Source of the DNA: Bacteroidota bacterium
GTDB taxonomy: Bacteria > Bacteroidota > Bacteroidia > Cytophagales > UBA9547
Assembly: GCA_033763735.1 (NCBI GenBank)
Contig: JANRJY010000026.1
Span: forward strand, 101,343-165,342
Direction of reading: 5' to 3'
Length of the DNA: 64,000 nucleotides
The position numbers and the translations under genes are program-made. Positions within the stretch are counted from its first letter, which is position 1. Every line of letters starts with the position of its first letter. A model generated the notes under the pieces. That model ran no database searches. It was not told where the DNA came from and saw nothing but the letters and a program-made list of their open reading frames with translations. This document shows positions 62,101 through 64,000 of this stretch, one piece after another.

Positions 62101-64000
62101 AATGTCCAATTCATTTCATCCAATCAATTGTTGGTTACAGTTCCATCTAATGTAAATGTTGGTGTAGGAAACATTCAAGTTCAAAATGCAGGAAATGTCA
62201 ATTTACAATCACCTGCCAATTATTCTAATAGTCCAAGCAGCTTCACTGCAATTCCGACAATTACACTTATTAAACAACCTTGCAATAACAATCAGATTTC
62301 AATAGGTATTTGGGGTCAATTGGTAAAAATAGAAGGTACTAATTTCTTGTCAGGCATGCAAATTTCCTTCAATGGGGTCACTTCATCATATAGTTCCGGA
62401 TATTTTATTTGTTTTGGCACTTACACTTCTTTTGGAAGTAATTCTCTATACACATTTATTCCTAATGGTGCCACATCCGGAAATGTTACAGTAATTACGC
62501 AAGGTGGCACTTCTAATACCATTCCTTTTACAATTATTCCACCTCCTACTGTAGGTTCATTTAGTCCAATTACAGGAATTGCAGGCACTTCTGTTACGAT
62601 CAATGGTACTGATTTCACTTCTGTAACTTCAGTTAATTTTAATGGTGCAAATGCATCGTTCACCCCTGTTAGTAGTACGCAACTAATTGCCTTAGTTCCA
62701 AACAACGCAGCCGCAGGCAAAATATCTGTATCAGCTTTTGGTGGCACCGGTCAAAGCTCAGTTAATTTTACACCTGTTCCGGTTATCACTTCAATTAACT
62801 ATTCCGAAGCACCTATTGGGTCTACAGTTAGAATATTTGGAACCAATTTATATGCTCCTACCGATATAGATTTTTCAAATAGTAATAATGCCAGTTCATC
62901 AAACAACAATATTACTTATTTGGATGTAGTGGTTCCTGCTAATGCGAATAATGGAGTGATATCGTTTACTAATGTGGGTGGAACCTCTGTATCACCATTT
63001 AACTTTATAGTAAGTACAATTACGGGCCTTAGCGCCAATACAGGAGTAGCAGGTACAATCGTTTCATTGACCGGTGTTGGAATCACTTCAGCAACTTCAT
63101 TCCAATTTGCTTCAACAAGTTCATTTTCAATAATATCTACTGCTACAGGAGTAGTAGTTGTATCGATACCCGGTACAGCTGAAAGTGGAGCAATAAGGTT
63201 GAATTTCCCTAATGGAGGTTTCACTACTATTGGTGGATTCAATCCAACACCTGTTATAACAGATGTAAGTCCATATACACATGGTACCAGTCAGTCAATT
63301 AATTTGATTGGAACCAATTTAAGACAAGTAATTGCAGCCAATTTTGGAGGTGTATTAACACAATCCAATTTAGGCGTTGCCAGTGGAAGTAATAGAAATG
63401 GAGTAAGAGTACCTAACAATGCACTATCCGGTATAATTAACATTACTGTTACAGGTGGGGGTACCGCTTCAAGTCCTTTATCATTTACTGTAATATCCAT
63501 TACCAGCATACTACCGACAACAGTACTTGGAGGAACCCAAATTTCAATTTTGGGTGCAAATCTTGACAATACTAGCTCAGTTGTAATTGGAGGAACAACT
63601 GTTGCCGGCATCAATGCAGCCAGCACTTCTAATTTGTTGATTACCACTGTTCCAAGTAATATTTCAAGTGGTGTTGTAGTTGTAAATAAAGGCGGTGGGT
63701 ATAACGATTCATATTCATTGAATTTGCCTAATGCCACCATTACTAGTGTCAATCCATTATATGGTCCTGTTGGAACAGTAATTACTATTATTGGAAATAA
63801 TTTTACGGCTTCAAGAAATGTTTATTTATACAATTCAAACCATAATCCGTTTAGCTATTCCATTCCTTATCAAGTTGTTACCAACCAACTTATTTTAGCA
63901 ACAATTACTTCAAATGTGATAAATGGGAATGTGTATGTAACAGGTCAAAACAACAATAATGCTGCTGGACCATTCTTTACCCTACCTCCAACATTAAATA
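47176..64000 (+). CDS. Giant secreted multi-domain protein (partial, 3' end beyond window): LamG / IPT-TIG / six FG-GAP-VCBS propellers / LamG / IPT-TIG array
   Basis: The ATG at 47176 directly follows an in-frame TAA (47173-47175). Frame 1 stayed open in every stretch I translated by hand. The track lists no frame-1 ORF after 47040, as expected if no stop occurs. The only plus-strand track ORFs in the region are four frame-2 ORFs of 67 aa or fewer. The N-terminus MNQILRNARIVLFICINTLFAQ is a signal peptide. Confidence 0.88.
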   Translation, partial: MNQILRNARIVLFICINTLFAQIPTTNLSLWLRADAGLTTTTGSVINSNWTDQSPNGLIMTRNGSPTLVTISTLNGQRFVRSAGAYFTLNSGVFNFNKLTFFAVANISAGDIFYRAGEYGFGIESGSSGRFYINSSASNKVIYPNYFNNTSIFFGSYNLNSITGSINTTTLSPFVYNGAMSSSGLLYIGNGYGTLTGDLAELIMYNGELTPSERTQVYNYLSTKYNIGILPNAPQISAIGTQSSSEPTYVGTRVSLGGCFGTGDIITVRGINFSSVTGVSLNGNSISGITFYSSSLIGFTLPDASTYPTGTDFTGNVSITNPFGTGVSPLPLQVIYCPTSPASVISAARSGSFAVSGSDLSQISSVTIGGFTTTGFYDSFSKTYRVTIPPTMPLGNQTVTLIQNTVLGPQPYDLFNQVNIVTSLPSPIITNIAPQKAAAGSLITINGSNFGSSVGDNIVNFGAVKGLINSASSTQITAIAPVGLTHENTNLLNQNSGLSTQYNIPYYNTFTGGGGITTNTFAPYVSFTEGYYYGYFSAIGDLNNDGRPEIITSHFSNNVITILQNASTGNTINGSSFQSYFTLNTSSNCGQVIIKDFDNDSRLDIGVFNFGGQINIFRNISNGGNLSAASFATPVVITVPVGGYAFDAGDMDADGKLDLVVAAYGINNNLYLYKNQFIAGTITGSSFASAVTIGFGTGAYPFELKVVDVDNDGKPDITTINKNNSGNSTISVFRNIATTGVINTSSLNTPVTFTLPNTASTAAPDPVLGLEFADFDSDGKLDIVASNPTQNSISIFKNKTSVGTINSSSFNERYDYSTALNPYGVAVGDLTGDGKIDIAVASYNEAKISLLRNISTQGTLTGSSFSSKTDIASIGTTNLQPQIVDMDGDSKPEVVVSNYNNFTSLVFRNLIDNPASITGFSPSSGLPLSQVTLTGNNFNNVTQVRMGTITGGSILAVSSNYIVVRIPAGAASNNIYLVNNSGSEAGTSGIFTITGATPYAVITSVSPINASLGSSVVIQGSGFDAIPSLNNVWFGATKMPVTSATLNQMVVSVVGGASSSKITYQNAYGLNDQWKLPFGYSFNGGNIASGSFTNNATLNTGSLPYNVISNDLDSDGKPDLIATNWNTSSNHLSVYRNNSINGTITASSFALPFNLSGYTASNPFQAAVGDLDGDGKPEIVLPFYNTGYFTIFKNNSSPTTLTAASFSKNDIQVLPTGYGSYGSAIADIDNDGFNDIVFSSYLNSGIFIYRNLGNGRLDAGGFQFTNFWTTGGNPSNIQISDIDSDGKLDILVGNTSTTYFSIFRNISTVGGISASSLATRIDLQTPNNPYGVTFADLNSDGKPEIINTNYSTNQISIFQNNCSTSTITASNFSRIDLPCIASSGPYGLHSGDLDGDGKPEIVVTSQSVTQYSVFKNNFTAGNISSSQFSRYDFNNSQFLSGVELVDLDLDGKQEIVTANTNANTINIFKNQIGNGQVPTITGFNPSSGLALSTFVTVTGNGFSSASGVTLANVPVASFNVINANTMVFRVPNSTISGKIGIANQFGTVGLSTADFTVTGAAPIPNITNIIPYSGNTGSSVVISGSGFDLTPNNNIVFFGAMSANVVSASANSLTVTVPNGATNENVRVSNISSGLIGESYKPFVTTFPNSGTITGATFAPRVDIPSEVNVIATILADLDGDGKNDLIASNYNYNTIWVYRNTGTGANLATQFAPKQIFTTGSYAYKMTTGDIDGDGKIDLVVSNYNNASVSIFKNTSSIGGISLAPKVDFITGTNPTGVKLADLDKDGALDLIVANYNTSGFFSVFKNTNILGTITGNTFASRQDFTCDYYAYDITVGDIDKDGLQDIAIGTQNTNIIGVFKNISSSGSISFNPKVSVISQFYPWDVKLSDIDGDDFLDLVVSNSSYSTISVLRNTGTIGTITASNFAARQDYNSTSSNYSLALCDIDGDGKIDITNASNGIQTVSVLRNVSTSGGINVNSLSPKIDFQTNIGNSYYHTFGDITGDGLPEMIVPQYSSGTISIFKNMTAPNPTITGFSPQTGTINVDIITVSGFGLNGVTKIQVGSGLTSNVTSLGSNTLIFKVPLLATTGLITATNSFNASSISIATFTVLGLSPLPIVTSVSPINTSNSDIITLSGSGFGTVLGQNVVYIGAERVVVQSVNQNQITVQNQIGTNNGAISVINTISGLQGIANQFVNNTFSGPNTIVGASFAPYVSTTTNWNSYISEIADLDGDGKNDLISAGYGNNSISVFRNVSSVGGFSFATRQDFTVGTNPFGLAVADFDNDGRKDIAVGNYSSGNISLFKNISTIGNIAFATRVDIITTSFSPYGFISSGDLDGDGFLDLAISGYYNSSIVLLKNQGIVGTITGASFGNRFDITGYSNMYDAQIVDVDGDNKNDLVFVATGSNILAIRKNIGIQGDFSLSMFAPAITFGTSTAPTKMTIRDLDRDGKLDVIVTNQSTSFLSVFKNNTVGNTITGSSFSSFTIGSQGNPFGVTSADIDGDGRLDILYGSYNNAKLSVNRNISTIGGLSAASFAPRVDYTSQGGIYGVTEGDIDGDGKTDILASIYNTNTLNIFRNLSGPTPSITGFSPLTGTAGITIVSISGFGFNNITSVGIAGFISPNYTILGNNVILAKVPISASSGLITVTNVFFASGVSNQSFTVTGAYPYPSISGIVPNVAAVGETIQINGSNFGALTSLNDVFFGNIKANVSFASPSSLQVTVPVSSEYKNIRITNKFNQLASEYNYPFNPTFAGMNTITGATYAPKVDQAMGIGAAYRLAVGDIDGDGKLDVITGTYNSSYISIFRNISSPGTWTGTSFAPRVDINIGYTYFHEIELADVDLDGKLDIVVAQYNNSNIFIIKNNSSPGNLSNASFSTPVQIAGPTNTYAVEVADFNNDGFLDLAAAGISASVVSVYLHNGVTGTITGQTYASKIDFNNYSNVYDLEAADFNGDGLIDLASANYTNNNVSILQNSSVNNNISFRSSVPYFVNQPLSIKAVDIDRDGKLDFVTNSYNTSNVYIFKNNLATNTITSTSFGNAGNGITFATGGANYGVDVFDMDGDGKLDVLSGNYAANTVSILRNIGNVGTITSSTLATKVDLTTAAYPCYVLAADLDGDTKPDIIVPNASASNFSIIRNNLSFNPTATGMNPNQGSVFSIVSISGFNLNSINQVSIGGGITNQITILGSNALLAMIPINAQSGSVIVTNSQGSTSTVPGIFTVNPVIYPSVTGISPINAGVGNSIIINGLNFSTIAGNNIVYFGPVRATVTGSTTNLLNINVPSGANYSQLDLLVTDKNMRAQSNDRFSPTFGGSGTIVGSSFATPVTNNAGSSPFTTHLADLDNDGKPEIIVTNYSSATIGIYKNNTTGNTITGTSFSNVLNLSGSYSSPADIKAVDVDHDGRLDLIISDNSLQSIFVCKNTSSGGSISFAAPQSYAVPSVGYVYSQGIDVADIDYDGFMDIVVACGSANKVSVFKHNAVPGIINAATYSNRTDYNTSTNPIYVKTGDFDKDGKTDIIVSNYGANNVQIFRNTAIQGIINASSLAVPITITVSTNPAQITVGDIDGDGWLDFVVGHYTTNQINVYRNNNIANTITGGSFTPTVLTTNARPAGVLLTDLDGDSKVEIINGGSDNVTISVFRNLSSPGTITASSFATRLPINAGITGATYFASGDLDADGKPELIFPGYFSAQLSILKNLQTNSNLPTITSFTPNAERKGRTMTIGGNNFVGVTSVSLNGTTIPYFVQNTNTILTTLTGNASSGLVSIVGFGGSGLSAFVFTVLGTPAPSVVGINPNPVLQGGVITITGAEVEFLLNPITISSNVISNYLYNSAAGTIIATVPGNAISGDVRLATSFGGISVINTNSYLNVTPFLLPTITGFNPTSALPGSLVSALGNNLVSITGFSISGVSISFNVVNSSLITFTVPSALTGRANVINYSGQTQSSSLLQILTAPNPNFGNMLLMDGNNNQINIPDNNAIDFTNSFTAEAYVKFNQITRATAGFDWQAIFTKNNYSVGYGLMLQTGTAQKNLRFYLNGCTPSFVTYDWTSSLNPNVWYHVTVTYDGSSAKIYINGNLVLNTPVSGNVATNNNALTLGASPTNGPYPLDGSLDEVRFWNIPVSISGISNNRCSEIIGNEPGLVAYYRFNEATNSLTALDAGPLAINGTLANFTLPTQRINSTALCYPISTVTSINPNPAIGGQTIVTLNGLAFNAITSVKVGNVNMPNYTVAGNNIYVSVPVTITSGNIILDNGGTLSTSTGILSVVGLNPTISSISPSSERQGRIVSIIGTNLNNATQVSFANNVNATYAIINSTLIVTTVPGGAISGLITVTNIAGIGTGTFNVLSTPSPIVTTISPSFAVNGTLVNVTVLEQEYLQSPITIGGTTISSYTLTGNNLSFTVPVSAISGHVRVRTLYGGISSTTTGSLLTILPPPTITDFGHVNTGVKLASGGCGSGNPDIITITGNGFAPGSTSVTVNNFNVVNYTVSSSNLIYAAVPDLVNFPGQDITGKIRITTPAGNIASIANLTGKFCVITPTTTVGASYGTQIAITGNDLANVTGATIGGINATYTYNSSQQKLYVTVPTNAPSGNVSFGLSQGSYVYNFPFPLYIYPKPTVSGIIPNPAPIGSIISITGIHLFSTTSVSFNNAVQTVISNINDNLITLQVPTGARNGALTIFAIGGNAISPVSLTIAPTVTSINPNAAGVGQQVDIFGESLSDITQVQINGINAPINFKNATNVNINVPFGATSGNLVVFTAGYTSPGIFFTVIPPPVINNILPASAGIGAFVTIIGDNFSLSGTNTVNFNGSGTATATILGPNTLIVQVPGTASTGFITVTNNGGSTQSNIQFVVLPSLSGSFSPITAGLGTQISLFGNNLFNPSLIRFNGVAATNFTSVSSSRIDVVIPPAAGTGPVSVDVTTDGGTSNAVTYTILGIPTISSHTPLSGIAGTVVTVNGTNFLASNNVLVNGATANVQFISSNQLLVTVPSNVNVGVGNIQVQNAGNVNLQSPANYSNSPSSFTAIPTITLIKQPCNNNQISIGIWGQLVKIEGTNFLSGMQISFNGVTSSYSSGYFICFGTYTSFGSNSLYTFIPNGATSGNVTVITQGGTSNTIPFTIIPPPTVGSFSPITGIAGTSVTINGTDFTSVTSVNFNGANASFTPVSSTQLIALVPNNAAAGKISVSAFGGTGQSSVNFTPVPVITSINYSEAPIGSTVRIFGTNLYAPTDIDFSNSNNASSSNNNITYLDVVVPANANNGVISFTNVGGTSVSPFNFIVSTITGLSANTGVAGTIVSLTGVGITSATSFQFASTSSFSIISTATGVVVVSIPGTAESGAIRLNFPNGGFTTIGGFNPTPVITDVSPYTHGTSQSINLIGTNLRQVIAANFGGVLTQSNLGVASGSNRNGVRVPNNALSGIINITVTGGGTASSPLSFTVISITSILPTTVLGGTQISILGANLDNTSSVVIGGTTVAGINAASTSNLLITTVPSNISSGVVVVNKGGGYNDSYSLNLPNATITSVNPLYGPVGTVITIIGNNFTASRNVYLYNSNHNPFSYSIPYQVVTNQLILATITSNVINGNVYVTGQNNNNAAGPFFTLPPTLN
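47245..47870 (+). other. N-terminal LamG/concanavalin-like jellyroll domain of the giant protein
   Basis: LSLWLRADAGL...NWTDQSPNG...NGQRFVRS...GDLAELIMYNGELTPSERTQVYNYLSTKY, the pattern seen at the start of many giant LamG-led surface proteins. Confidence 0.6.
47872..48705 (+). other. Three IPT/TIG-like domains
   Basis: Units start at about 47872, 48181 and 48460. An example is IITNIAPQKAAAGSLITINGSNFGSSVGDNIVNFGAVKG...SSTQITAIAP. Confidence 0.7.
48706..49905 (+). repeat. FG-GAP/VCBS propeller 1 (7 blades)
   Basis: Blade Ca-loop motifs GDLNNDGRPE, KDFDNDSRLD, GDMDADGKLD, VDVDNDGKPD, ADFDSDGKLD, GDLTGDGKID and VDMDGDSKPE. Each is followed by ...[IVL][FLY][RKQ]N. Confidence 0.8.
50430..51585 (+). 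repeat. FG-GAP/VCBS propeller 2 (7 blades)
   Basis: NDLDSDGKPD, GDLDGDGKPE, ADIDNDGFND, SDIDSDGKLD, ADLNSDGKPE, GDLDGDGKPE, VDLDLDGKQE. Confidence 0.8.
52125..53253 (+). repeat. FG-GAP/VCBS propeller 3 (7 blades)
   Basis: ADLDGDGKND, GDIDGDGKID, ADLDKDGALD, GDIDKDGLQD, SDIDGDDFLD, CDIDGDGKID, GDITGDGLPE. All seven were re-translated codon by codon. Confidence 0.85.
53790..54915 (+). repeat. FG-GAP/VCBS propeller 4 (7 blades)
   Basis: ADLDGDGKND, ADFDNDGRKD, GDLDGDGFLD, VDVDGDNKND, RDLDRDGKLD, ADIDGDGRLD, GDIDGDGKTD. Confidence 0.8.
55452..56595 (+). repeat. FG-GAP/VCBS propeller 5 (7 blades)
   Basis: GDIDGDGKLD, ADVDLDGKLD, ADFNNDGFLD, ADFNGDGLID, VDIDRDGKLD, FDMDGDGKLD, ADLDGDTKPD (re-translated). 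Confidence 0.85.
57125..58272 (+). repeat. FG-GAP/VCBS propeller 6 (7 blades)
   Basis: ADLDNDGKPE, VDVDHDGRLD, ADIDYDGFMD, GDFDKDGKTD, GDIDGDGWLD, TDLDGDSKVE, GDLDADGKPE (re-translated). Confidence 0.85.
58290..59030 (+). other. Three IPT/TIG domains after the last propeller
   Basis: ITSFTPNAERKGRTMTIGGNNFVGVTSVSLNG..., PSVVGINPNPVLQGGVITITG... and PTITGFNPTSALPGSLVSALGNNL... Confidence 0.75.
59035..59745 (+). other. Internal LamG (Laminin_G_3-like) jellyroll domain
   Basis: LLMDGNNNQINIPDNNAIDFTNSFTAEAYVKF...WQAIFTK...WYHVTVTYDGSSAKIYINGNLV...LTLGA...LDGSLDEVRFWN...GLVAYYRFNE. Confidence 0.8.
59746..64000 (+). repeat. Array of at least 17 IPT/TIG modules (about 81 aa / 245 nt each), continuing past the window edge
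   Basis: Module starts are at about 59750, 59980, 60228, 60480, 60780, 61020, 61260, 61497, 61740, 61985, 62250, 62535, 62775, 63010, 63245, 63490 and 63735. Each has the form [IV].[ST][IFV].P..[GA]..G..[IV].I.G.N[FL] ... and ends with a G-rich strand. Confidence 0.8.

Noticed and set aside
48945-63752. About 25 minus-strand ORFs (60-153 aa, rich in P/V/T/G/I) listed by the track across 48.9-63.8 kb
   Set aside because: They lie antisense to the continuous frame-1 plus-strand ORF. Their openness follows from the repetitive, biased codon usage of the IPT/FG-GAP gene. They show no motifs and no plausible starts or gene spacing.
1-64000. Mobile elements, prophage, integrative island or known defence system
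   Set aside because: No transposase, integrase, recombinase, phage structural, restriction-modification, Cas, reverse-transcriptase or nuclease/NTPase defence-type ORFs were recognisable. Apart from the small GC-rich repeat cluster there are no flanking direct repeats or tRNA attachment sites.

Overview
AT-rich, gene-dense chromosomal window that looks like a Bacteroidota genome. Supporting signs are PorP/PorE-like and OmpA envelope genes, a DUF1573 gene, an exbB-exbD-exbD-tonB-pstS-like-TPR operon, b558-type sdhCAB, and TAnnTTTG-type promoter boxes. Positions 1-47,040 hold about 47 mostly ordinary genes. These cover envelope and outer-membrane proteins, a GH51-like glycosidase with an MFS sugar transporter, rsmA, a small flippase/methyltransferase/GT11-like glycan locus, rnhA, an rluB-like gene, scpB, a dksA-like gene, sdhCAB, mrdA-rodA, ispE, dnaJ-grpE, recX, an FGGY kinase and the TonB energising operon. 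I saw no rRNA, tRNA, CRISPR array, transposase, integrase or recognisable defence system. The main feature lies at 47,176-64,000. It is a single frame-1 reading frame with no stop codon up to the window edge (5,608 codons, 3' end missing, about 26% of the window). The supplied ORF track omits it because it never terminates inside the window. By hand translation it encodes a signal peptide, a LamG-like domain and three IPT/TIG domains. Six consecutive 7-bladed FG-GAP/VCBS (integrin-alpha-like) propellers follow, 42 DxDxDG blades in total, consecutive propellers being separated by IPT/TIG pairs with a period of about 1.67 kb. After these come three IPT domains, a second LamG domain and an array of at least 17 more IPT/TIG modules. 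It is probably a giant secreted or surface adhesin-like protein, possibly T9SS cargo. Secondary observations: a 114-bp in-frame tandem repeat in the rluB-like gene; a G-poor 15-nt tandem motif directly upstream of several start codons; a cluster of GC-rich palindromic elements plus two tiny membrane ORFs interrupting the TonB operon; and a few intergenic palindromes. Novelty cannot be judged without database searches. All domain calls come from motif recognition by eye, and domain boundaries are approximate.
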